Origin: Octopus sinensis
Taxonomy: Eukaryota
Assembly: GCF_006345805.1 (NCBI RefSeq)
Contig: NC_043004.1
Coordinates: forward strand, 83,018,001 to 83,082,000
Direction of reading: 5' to 3'
DNA length: 64,000 nt
In this document: piece by piece, positions 41,501 to 53,932 of the stretch
How the letters are laid out: the number at the start of each line of letters is the position of its first letter
Position numbering within the stretch: the first letter of the stretch is position 1
Notes under the pieces: generated by a model
Database searches by the model: none
What the model saw: the letters and a program-made list of their open reading frames with translations, nothing else
What the model was told of the DNA's origin: nothing
Translations under genes and position numbers: made by a program

Positions 41501-42338
41501 AAACTTCAAACCATGATACTTTGGTCACACCACGTGTCTGTGTTCATGACACATGCGTTTGTAGCGTTCACCTCTCCTACGTCACACATTCACTCTGCCA
41601 TCCGAGGGAGTAACAGAGTATCAGCTCTCGTCAGAAGAGACTGTCGATCTCTATTGTTGATGCCACCAATGTCGATGCTGTAGCCGTGTCTGACGGTGAA
41701 GGGCGGTGAGGACAGGCACTCGAACAGGTCAACAGACAGACAGACAAGGGGAAAGATAGATGGATAGATAAATATATACATACATGCACTCATACATAGA
41801 GAGACAGACAGATATTAATGAGTATTAGTGTACATTTATGACACAAATTTTCAACTTTCTCTCCCTCTCCTGTATTATCAAATATCTATAAATTTAACCA
41901 TCATGTAAATGTAAATCTTTTAACTCATATTAGCAAATGAAACACGTGTAATGGTGAAGAAATAATACGAAAAATATTTCCCAGTAAATTGCTGTGCTGG
42001 GCATTGGTTTATAAATTTAGGGTTAGGGTTAGGGTGACGAAAAATGAATTGAACAAGAAAAGGCGAGTGAATAACAAATCAATTTACGATTAGATTATAT
42101 TTTAATATCATTCTACTTTCTAAAGTGGTGAGTTTGGAAAAATCATTTGCACGTCGAACAAAATGCTTAGGGCCATCTCGTCCGTCCTTACTTTCATAAA
42201 AATAATTCAACTTTCAAATTACAAGTCGATAAAATAAGTAGTACTAGTTGAGCACTGGAGTGGACATCATCGATTTATCCCGTCCCTCTAGAACAGTATT
42301 ATTCAGCATATTAAATCCTCAACCAATTATCAAGAGCT

Positions 42339-42404
42339 TCAAGAATCTGTGGGCCTTTTGGTCTGTAGAACAACAATCACGTAAGTGAACAGGCTGCCAA
42401 ATAT
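42339..42404 (-). CDS. GRL-A terminal exon (IFGSLFTYVIVVLQTKRPTDS*)
   Basis: TTCACTTGTTTTATAG acceptor; TYVIVVLQ is the TM7 signature of GR/GRL proteins; TGA at 42339-42341. Confidence 0.85.
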   Translation of the reverse strand: MFGSLFTYVIVVLQTKRPTDS

Positions 42405-42533
42405 CTATAAAACAAGTGAAACGAAAAGAAAATGTAACAGCTGAAATACGAAGTTTTTCAATGCGAATATTTGTAATTTTCGTAGCAGTAAATACATACG
42501 ACGCTATTATTATTTGCTATTATTTTTATTGTT

Positions 42534-42568
<35 letters not shown>

Positions 42569-42842
42569 TCTATGTTTGACTTTTGCTTTATATTTGTACA
42601 AGTTGGCTCCAAGTTTCACAAAGAGACTTCATGAGACAACAGGTTGGAAGTTCATGTTATTATGTCTAGTGTGCCATATATTTTTCTTTGTGTTGTACTA
42701 ATGAATATCTAAAAAAAACCCCGAAAATTATGTTTGTTTTAAACCCTGCGATTACATAGACAGTATTTTCCGTAGGATATGAGTAGTTCCCATGAGCACT
42801 ATCTTTTGAATTTTTGCCATTTTTGGGTTTCCTGGTGTCTGA

Positions 42843-42878
<36 letters not shown>

Positions 42879-43504
42879 GTTATTATTATTATTGTTGTTG
42901 TTGTTGTTGTCATTATTATTATTACTATTATTATTTTTATTAGTATTACTATCATTATTATTATTATTCAAATTATTAATTTTAATACATTTAATCTGTT
43001 GCTGTCGCTTTGTTTTATATAAGTTGTTCCTTGAAGTACCCAGGGCCCTCAAGAAGCAGAAAATGTGTTGCTTTACTCTGGAAGTTCTTTATGGTAGTAA
43101 TTTTTTATTTCACAGAATGGAAACCAAGTACTCATAATTAAGCTCTCTTAGAAGCTTGCTGTAATATTTCCGACTTTTAAAAGACATCTGAGAATATCTG
43201 ATTATTATGGTCTCCATATATTTAGCCATAATATTTCCGAACGCCCGACTAATATCACAAAAGCTTTGATGGTCACAGGTACACCTGTTTTACTATTTAC
43301 CTTTTTATTTTATTATTTTTTTATGTCACATCTCTGAGATTTTGGATTTCAATGTTCATTGATTCACTTATCCCATCATATCATTTTTACAAAAGCCTTA
43401 CGAACTGGTGAGGCTGTCATATGTGCATGCATCATGGTTTACGAATGTGCTGATTTTTAGTGGGGTGACGGAGCAGGGAAACATTACTGTTTCTATTATT
43501 ATTA

Positions 43505-43584
<80 letters not shown>

Positions 43585-46500
43585 GTTGTTGTTGTTATCA
43601 TTATTATTATTATTATTATTATTGTTATTATTATCATTTATAATTTCCTTTCATTATAATTTTATTTCAGCTGCCTTAGTACCAGGCATCCTCCCGAGGA
43701 CAAGATTAGCAAAGACACTTTTGTTTCGCTATGCGTGCTAAAATTATCACCACATTTATTCCACTTAAGATAGAGAGGGCTTTCTATAGTATATGGACTG
43801 TACCTATCAAGTTTATCTTTTGTAGTTCACATTATTATTATTATTATATGTTTGACTTTTGCTTTATATTTGTACAAGTTGGCTCCAAGTCTCACCCGGA
43901 GACCTTAACAGACAACAGGTTGGAAGGCCACGTTGTTGTTATGCCTAGTGTGCCATATATTTGGTTGTTTTTTGTGTTGTACTGGTGGATGTCTAAAAAA
44001 AATGTTTGTTTTAAACCTTGAGATTACATAGAAAGTATTTTGCGTAGGATATGAGCAGTTCCCATGAGCACTATCTTTTGAATTTCTGCTATTTTGGGGT
44101 TTCCTGGTATCTGAGTTAGGTAGCAATCAGCCCCTTTTGCTATCATTCCCAGGGCACCTATGACAACAGGTATTGTTTTAGTCTTCAGGTTCCACATTTT
44201 GCTGATTTCTATTTCAAGATCTTTATATTTGCTGAGTTTTTGATAGGTCTTGACAGATACGTTTATATCGATTGGGACAGTCATATCAATGAGAAGGAAT
44301 GTTCTTTGTTTGAAGTCTTTCAATATGATGTCTGGCCTATTTGCATCTATCTTTCTGTCAGTTTTCAAGCACTGGGGGTGGTTTGTGTTCCCACCATTTT
44401 TTTTCATGGGGCAAATCCAGGTTTTTGCAGATTACCCAGTGAATATATTGTGCAGCTCTATGATGCCTGTTGAGATACTCTGTAGGCGCTAGAATACTGC
44501 ACTTGGAGACCACATGATCGATGGCTTCATTTTGTTGCTGGCATACACGACGCGTTGGGCTACTGCCAATTTTTAATATGTTGGCCTGGTAGTTTCTTGT
44601 TGGTAGGCATTAATCTTGAGCTGCTATGATAAACCCCTCTGTTTCAGATTTTAAGCCAGAGGCCATTAGCCATTGATGGGTCAGGGCTTTGTCAACATCT
44701 GCATTATTCGCTCTCTTTGGGTATTTGCCATAGAGAGGTTTTTCTTGCCATTTATCATTCAGAATATCTAAGGCCGCAGATTTAGCACCGGTTTTCATGC
44801 GCTTAGCTTTTTCTATGCCTGTTTCTTGTATGTCTCTCTCTAAATCCGAAATTTGTTGTATTCGGAATTCACTTAGATAATCCTTTGCCTGTTTTGTTAC
44901 TGAGTATGATGTTTTCTTGTTTTCATGTTTTGAGACAAGTTTTAACATCCAGTCCTCAGAGTTTTTCAGGTAGGTGTCTAGGCCAATTGTAGCAATCTTC
45001 ATTGTTATTGCCAGTTGTAAAAGTCCACGGCCTCCCTCTTTTCTTGGCAGATAAAGTCGTTCTGTATCTGCCTTAGGGTGGTGCATTCTATGCATTGTCA
45101 ACAGTTTTCGTATTTTTCTGTCAAGATTACATATTTCAGTAATTGACCAGTTAACGATATTGAAACTGTAAGTCACGACTGGTATAGCTAATGCATTGAT
45201 CGCTTCAATCCTGTTTCTCGCATTCAGCTGTCTTGAGTATTGCTCTTACTCTGCGATAACATTCTCTCCTGATCCATTCCTTCAACTCTGAATGCCTTAT
45301 TCCGTCTCCTTCAACTACCCCTAGATACTTGGAGTTCTCCGCTGGGTCTAATTCTTTTATGACATTCTGCTGGTCAAGGTAAACGTTAGATGTTTCTGTC
45401 ATTTTTCCTTTGATAAAGGTAGCTTTTGCACACTTATCGAGGCCAAATTGCATTCTGATGTCATCACTGAATTGTTTGACAATCGCTAGTAAGCCCTTGA
45501 GTTGTTAGTCATTTTTTGCAAAGAGCTTTAAATCATCCATGTAAATGAGATGATTTATATTTTTATTAAACATTTTATATCGGTGCTGCGCGTCATTGAG
45601 CAGTTTTGAGAGAGGTATTAAGGCTAAACAAAAGAGGAGTGGTGATAGTGAGTCACCTTGGAAAATTCCACTCAATTTTTACATCACCAGCATTTAGGGA
45701 TTCATTGTCACTGTTCAAAGTTAGTGTGGTTCTCCATGATCTCATACCTACAGACAAAAGGTTTCGCAGAGTAGGTGCTATCTTATACATTTCTAGGCAT
45801 TTCTTAATCCAGCTATGTGGTAGGCTATCAAAAGCCTTTTTATAGTCTATCCAGGCTATTGATAAGTTTTTGTGTCGTTTGTGACCATCTTCTAAGATCA
45901 TCTTATTGGTGAGTAGTTGATCTTTACAACCGTAGGATCCACGTTTACATCTTTTCTGTTCATTAGGGAATATGCTGCTGTCTGTCAAAAAACTATAGGT
46001 ATATTCCGTCAGGACAGATGTTAGTGTTTTATACGTAGTTGTTAAGCAGGTTATGGGTCTATAGTTTTTTGGTTCATTTGTTTCTTCACTTTTTGGAGGC
46101 AGGAATGTTAACCCATTAACTAGCCAAGGAGGCATCCTACTAGGGTGTTGCAAAACATCATTGTAAAGTTCTGTTAGCAGTTCATGGCTCTCTGGGAAGG
46201 CATTCAACCAGAAGTTAGGGATTTTATCCTTTCCTGGAGACTTCCATTTGCTTGACCTCCTGAGAGCAGATCTTATATCTTCTACCTTGACACCCTCCCA
46301 CTTTTGCTCTTCTAACGAGTCCAGTTCTTTAGATATTCTATCAATCCAGGGGGCCTTTTCGCTGTATGTTTTTTCTTCTGCCCAAATTTTATTCCAAAAT
46401 CCCTGCACTTCTTCTTTTGATGGTACAGACTTTACAGTAACTGGAGTTTTTCCTATCTTCCTGTAAAAATTTTTGGGGTTATTTTTGAATCTAACACGCT

Positions 46501-47956
46501 TTTCATACCTAGCTATGCGGGCAGCTTTAGCAGATACCTTTTGCTTGATGGTTTCTAGGGTGGCATCAATATCAAGTATAATTTCCATATTATATTTTTT
46601 CATTAGTTTTTGGGTTTTTGTAGGTTTGGAAGTCTTATGAACCGTAAGGTTTTTCAAATATTCAATGTCAGATCTAAATAGTTTAATTTGTTGTTGCAAA
46701 CGCTCTTGCCAAGAAGGCTTTTTGTGGAAATGTTGCCGCTTTCTAATCTTTACACCACATAGGATCGTTGAGATTTTCACGGATGCATAGTATAGGTGGT
46801 TGAGATCTGTGATATCAACATCATTAGCTGAAATTATGTCCTTAAATGCAAGCCGGGTTTTATCAATTATTTTCATGTTTTGGTTAGAGTTGCGGATTTT
46901 AGGGAGTGTATCACATTCATCCATACTGGTTTCTTTAATTTTCAGCCATTCAATCATGATTTGACTTTTTAGCTCATATAGTTCTGTCGGGTCAATATTT
47001 GTGTGACTTTCTTCATCTATCTGATGTTCATCTGTCTTAGTGTTTATTTTGGTTCAGGGAGTATTTCACTTTGGCTATCACTTATACTAACTCTTTCAAT
47101 CCTTACTTCGTTTTTATCAGCTCTGGGCTGGTCTATAATTATTTCCTCTGTATTATCTTCTCTAGCTGCAGCTTCGTTCATTCTATCCGTTACTGCTTGT
47201 CTAATTTGATCAATCTCTACTTCAGTCAGAAATTTTTTAATAATGTTTCTTCTGACGTTGGCAAGTTTGTTACTGTCTAAGTAGGGTCTTGCTTCAGGGT
47301 GTTTCTGTCTCCAGTTTATGTAGGTTTGTATAGTGTTCGATTTATCTGTGGGGAAATATATGGCATGGTAGAAGGCCGCAAGAACTTCTTTATTATCTTC
47401 CCTAGTGCATTTTTCCTTCTTTTTCTTTTGAGTGTTTGGTGACGAGCATGGATGGCCATCTGTTGGGATATTCCAGTTGTGGGGTACGTCCAGCTCCTGT
47501 GTGTCGAGAAGATTTGATCCAGTAGCTGATTTTTCAATCAGACTTTGGTTCAATTTTCGGGTACGTGGTCTTTTGTAATCCGCTCGCCGACCATCGCGGT
47601 TTTTAGTTTGTTTTGTTGACATTGAAGCATGACGAACTTCGACTCTTACATTAAGAGACGGATCTGTCAGTTTAGGATTCTCTGCACGTAAACATTGTTC
47701 GTAGCGCAGCTTCTTAAGACTAGCAGATCTGTATTCGTCGTGTATTTTTTTTGTTGATAGATTTATCTCCGGGCATAGTTTTCCCGTTTTTTTTCGTTTT
47801 TTTTTAAAAACTTATGAAAGGTTCACTCTGCCTGTATTAGTTCGAAACAATGAGAATAAAATACGCGAAAAAAAAAAGAAAAATTATCATTACCACTATC
47901 ATCACCGTCATCATCATCATCAATGTTAGTTTCTTATGTGTAGTCACAGCGGTAGC

Positions 47957-47987
<31 letters not shown>

Positions 47988-47998
47988 CATTATTATTA

Positions 47999-48048
<50 letters not shown>

Positions 48049-48898
48049 CACTATCACCATCGCCTCGGTAAAGAGGTCATGTTCTATAGGTCTATAAATA
48101 GATTCAGCAGATGGTGGACTGGTCAGCCAAATAGACAAAGGACATTTTGGGTCAGGGAAGGTCAAACCTGTTTACAAGCAACAGCGTTATCTTGACAAGC
48201 AATTCAGCTTGTTATATTTGTAATTAATGGTAGGAAGAGAAAAAAAACTATATATATATATATGTATATACCCATACACATATGTATATGTATATTCACA
48301 CACGCATATTTTCTGATAGTCACGTCGATGATTTTTTAAATTTCTGAGTTCAATTGTGTTGTTGCAATAAAAGTTACGTGTTTACGTGTTTGGGTAATAT
48401 ATTAAAGTTTTTAAGTATACTTGAGAGGTCCATTTGGAAAAAGCAATAAGATTTTTGCAATGGGAAGAATGTTTACATTTTCGAATGCTCAGAAAAAAAA
48501 ATGCTCAGAAAAAGAAAATGCTCAGAAATCTTTCTTTTCTTTTTTGTAGTTGTGAAGTGTATATATATTGGCAGGTGCTTACTTCCATAGTTTTTTTATC
48601 GTGCATTTAATTGTGTTGTTACAATAAAAGGCAAAGAAGGGACGACAAACTGTTCACACAAAATTGGAGATATTTATGATTCTAAACTTTTTTAGGTGTT
48701 CGCTTGTATGTCCAAAGCTGTAGATATGTAAGTTCCTTATTTGAGGGAAATTCAAATTACTCACAGAAAACAGAAGATCTTCCAGTTTTTTACAGATGTT
48801 CTTTTCAGTTGTCCCGCTAGGTTGGTCAGAGCAGCGAAAAACACGTCCAGCTTCTATCACGTACAGCCGCCTTCCTCTATCACGTCCAGCCGCCTTCC

Positions 48899-48993
<95 letters not shown>

Positions 48994-49207
48994 TATTATT
49001 ATTATTATATCGTCGAGAGCCACTAAGGGACATGCTCAACTTGTTAAGGTCAAACAACTGTCAAGCAAATGTGTGGTATTGAGCAAAATATTTGCTGTAG
49101 CCTATCTTTTATACCAAGACAAAACATTGTAAATAACACTTCCAATTAGTTAAGATCAGAAGCCACGAGAGCCACTGCTTGGTACTACATCAGGCCATTT
49201 ATTATTA

Positions 49208-49300
<93 letters not shown>

Positions 49301-49372
49301 CCCAGAAGAAGATTGATTTAAAATTTTGGAACAAGGCTAATGATTTCTGGGTAGGGAGTGAGACGAAGAATG

Positions 49373-49411
<39 letters not shown>

Positions 49412-49419
49412 TAATAATG

Positions 49420-49481
<62 letters not shown>

Positions 49482-52400
49482 GTAATAATAATAATAAATA
49501 ATAAACAATAGAGGCAACTCGGTTAAATGTAAATTTAATATCTACATAGAATTAAACAAATTATGAAAATGAATACAAATCCTTGCTATTATGTTAACTG
49601 GCGAATGTCCAAATTTGGCCAAATTTGTTTGTCTTCGAAATTTACTTTTGCTTGCAATAGTCATCTCTTTTGTTCAAACTTTCGCATCTCCAGCTACTTC
49701 AGAAGCCAACATGTAAGAAAGTGTGAAAGTCTAGTACAACAGTTATGTTATGGAAAGGTGAAACTACTTCTCCGTTTTCTGAAAAAGGATCGTTTTTGGA
49801 CTTACGACACTTTTGCATGATAGCAACGAAATGTATATGAATTGGAAGGGTCGATAATTATATTTACCGTTAGGATAGAAGATGGTCTTATAACAAAGAA
49901 GCCTCCAACGCTTATACCACTTGGGGTTGTGTTTAATCTATCGAGAAATAATGTCAACTGTAAATAGAGGTATGAAAGAATTTAGCAAAAATACTTTTAA
50001 TATCACCTGATGGTATTTTATACCAGGTCATAATAAGTATTTCCTTGGAATGTTCTTTGTGATAGAAATTTGCTTCATGAAACACTGCAGGATAGTTATT
50101 CAAGAATACAGAAAGGAATAAATTATTTACTAGGAACAAGTCTGTTAGCTTTAAATTTCATATTTGTATAAATTTTACAATATATATTAACGGTTGTCTG
50201 CTTCAAACGCTTCAATGGCATGCTCACTTTTCATATTTTGTCTAAAGGTGAAATTTAAAAAAAATGTTTTTGTAAAGAATGTTAAATTTTGCGTATAAGA
50301 GAGCTTTTTAATAGTAACTTTATAGGAAGAAAGTACATTGCCTTAATTTTGTTATACAGTGGTCAGGATTAGTACATCCTTTAAGCATTTCTATTATATC
50401 ATTAGTTTTTGAAAACAGACAGCAAATATATTAATGATATATATATATAAAAGAAAGCATATTATTAAAATATAAAGCAATATAATACATTGATATTACA
50501 AAATTTTATATATACTCATTAACACCAACAATACTAAATTGAGTCTTTATGTAGAGGCTTATAATGTTAAAAAATGCAGCTCAAATATCTTTCATATTAC
50601 ATCTTTCTTTATGAAACAATATAATCTTATATTTGCGGAAACTAGTAGGTGGACAAGATTTTTGTACTAGGGACAACTTTAATAATTGATCCCAATAAAT
50701 GCTACTTTGCGCTGAACAACAAGCTCATTTTATGTTTCATTAACTTTTTTGAATCGCATTTCTTATTATCAGTCCACTGAAGGACAAGGGCTCAGTATAT
50801 TATCTCCGCCGAACACGGTCCAATATGGAAGCCATGGATTTGAGCTTGGATCATACTGGTATGATGAGCCTACTTGCCACTCTGGTTCCACATGGCTTGT
50901 CATAGAGGAGCAGTTTTTTTACTCTTACCCAGGAATAGGGAAGTCGATTACATCAATCTCAGTCCTCGACTGGTACTTAATTTATAGATTCCGAAAGGAT
51001 GAAAGCAATATCGACCTCAAGGTACTTGAACTCAGAAGGTAAGGACGAACGAAATACCGCTAAGCATTTCGCCCGGCGTGTTGACGATCTTCCAGCTCGT
51101 CTTAAACGACCGAAATCAGGATATGTTTGTTTCACTTCTCCCCGACTAAATTACTGAAATATATAAATTGGTATCAAATAGGAACTAAAGTAAAATAAGA
51201 CTAAAAATCACCCAACCAAGTATCAGAAACATTAAAGCTACATTTTCTGCAGTTCTACCATATTTTAAGTGTGATTGCAACATCTAAAGAATGAAGCTCT
51301 TCATAAAAGTACTCGCTTCTGTAACAAAACGGGACACCAAAGTATACTCATTAGTGTATTCAGTATATTACAATTGTGTTTAAGACATTTTTCTCGAGTA
51401 CAGTTTTCCTTTACGCGATATGTATTTATATAAATTTACATAAATGCATATACGTGGTCTGATGATTAATTATCAGCACTGTTGCCATAGTAAAGAAGCT
51501 AAAGCACACAGAGTGAAGCCGCATGGCAAAGATAGATCGTCAACTCTGTTCTGATGTTAAAACTAAGTTTTAACATTCTAGCTCACTTCCTCTGTTGAAA
51601 GCAGTGCTTGGAAGGAAGGTGTGTAGCGTGTGATCGTCGCATTGAAGATGACAGAGAAAGCTGAGCGCAGATTCCACATCAAATTTGTCAAAAGCTTGGC
51701 GATACCTGCTCAGAGACCTACGCAATGTTTCCATAAAATCTTCATCGTTCTCGACAGAGTTAAGGATATCTTGTGAAACTGAACCCCGACCTTTCTTTGG
51801 TTTGCTGAAAGCAGTTTTGGCACAAACTTGGAAGACAGAGGTTTCTCATAACCAAATCGTCAGTGATAATGGACTGAACTGAACTGTAACTAATCTGCAC
51901 ATCCTCTGGTAACACACGATTTGTGATTCGACAGCTTTCCTTCAAAGTTGCACGCACATCAGCGATGTCTTTCTCAGCTCTGCTGGTTGCGGGTCTCCTA
52001 CAAGTTTCATTAAAAACGATATTTTTTCGGCCATCTTCGAAATGTCTGAACCACTCGTACACTTGTATGCGGCTCATACATGCACTTTCTGCAATTTGTG
52101 CCTCTGAACAGGTATCGCTATGGCAACGTTCTCTGTCATGGTCAATGTGCCGATCACACGTTACACACTCTCCTTCCAAGCACTGCTGCAAACAGTGGGA
52201 GCGAACTAGAATGTTAAAATTTGGTGCACATGTACAACCGCTTCGTTACTATGGCAACTGTTCTGATACTTATTGATCAGATCTCACATTTTTTCTGTCT
52301 TTTCATGAGATTAACCATTGCCTCGTTTTGCAAGAAATCTATATATATAAAACTGTAGTTGTGTGAGTGTCTGTCTCCTACGATTTAGATTCCTAACTCC

Positions 52401-53486
52401 TCCCACATTTTGCGGTGCAGTTTAACCAAATTCGGGTATCTTATAGTCGTGATTAATATCGAGCCCGTCTGGCTATTAACGCGCGTCTACGACGAGTCTA
52501 CGATTTTAAAAATAATTTAACATCATTTTTTATTCCATTTTAATGCATAATTTTTCGTGTGTCGATGGCGGCGGAGTTGGCGTCCACGCTCAAACACCTG
52601 CACCTGTGTTTGCTTCTCCCCCTTCTTCCCTCCCTCGTGAAGCTGTGGGGAAGGGAGTTTAAGGAAATCAACGTCGTAATGCGTTGTCAAGGAGACCAGC
52701 GTTCTTTTAGAACAACGACTTGAAGACACCAAAACAGAAATGGCTAAGAAAGTCCGAATTGGCATCTATAAAGGAAGTAACTCTCTAAAAATGCTTATAT
52801 AGTTATTTCCCTTACAAACCCGAGCAACGCCGGGCGATACTGCTAGTATATAAATAACATCAAAATGCATATTTCTTTAATTTTATAGCTCTGTACATAT
52901 TATCTTACAATTTAATTTCCCATATTTTACTCAATCAGATTGAAAATCATTGAATATATACCTTCATTCTGGTTTCAGTTGACAAACCTTTAAAATTCAT
53001 GGCGTACAGATCTTCGACGATATCATGGATCTATGATATCAAAATAAGGTGAGACATTTAGGTTAATAGATATGTCATGGCTTACTAAAAAGTATTACAT
53101 ATTGTAACAATGAAACAATGTGTATTGAAGCCTTATTAAACACAACGTAAGGAAATATTCCATGAGATAATCGAGAGATAATTTTCACCTAACATCAATG
53201 TTTATAATTTGGACATTAAATGCCATCTCAAATCGTGGAATTCGTATCACCGGTTTACTTGCCCAGTTTACATGGCGTATAAGAGACCGAGATCACTACA
53301 TTTTTCTTTGGACAAGAAACGATGACGATGATTGGGAATGTGAATGTGATGATGATGATTATGATGATGATGATGACGACGACAATGATGAAGATACCTC
53401 AACATTGGGCTGCGTCATCGGATCTTCTGTTGTCATACTTATAACATCTCATTAACGTATATATATATATATATATATATATATGC

Positions 53487-53518
<32 letters not shown>

Positions 53519-53520
53519 GT

Positions 53521-53551
<31 letters not shown>

Positions 53552-53884
53552 CAAAACAGTTTGATTCAAATTTCTATAGTAATTTAAGTTTCAGAGCGTG
53601 TTGCTAATTCTCAGCTCTAATTTATAATGCCAGAGAATTAACATCTAACTTTGAAATTGGAAGTAATAAAGGAATTTGACTCAAAATGTTTTGATCCATA
53701 CTTATCGCTCCCAATAACTGTGTTGAGTGTCCTTCCTTCGTTCTTCCACTTACTCGCGTATATATATAAGTTCAGTAAAATTTAGATTCAGTTGAATGTG
53801 GTACTTAAGTTAAAGGCGCCAGAATTTAGTAGGGTATTATTCATATAATTCAAAATGCGGTGATTACAATCAAAATAAGCAACT

Positions 53885-53932
<48 letters not shown>

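Noticed and set aside
42017-42035. (TTAGGG)3 telomere-like repeat
   Set aside because: Only three units; too short to indicate a fusion or healing site.
43398-43741. Poly-Ile/Leu/Tyr, IY-repeat and CV-repeat ORFs here and throughout the ORF track
   Set aside because: Translations of (ATT)n, (TA)n and (TG)n microsatellites, not genes.
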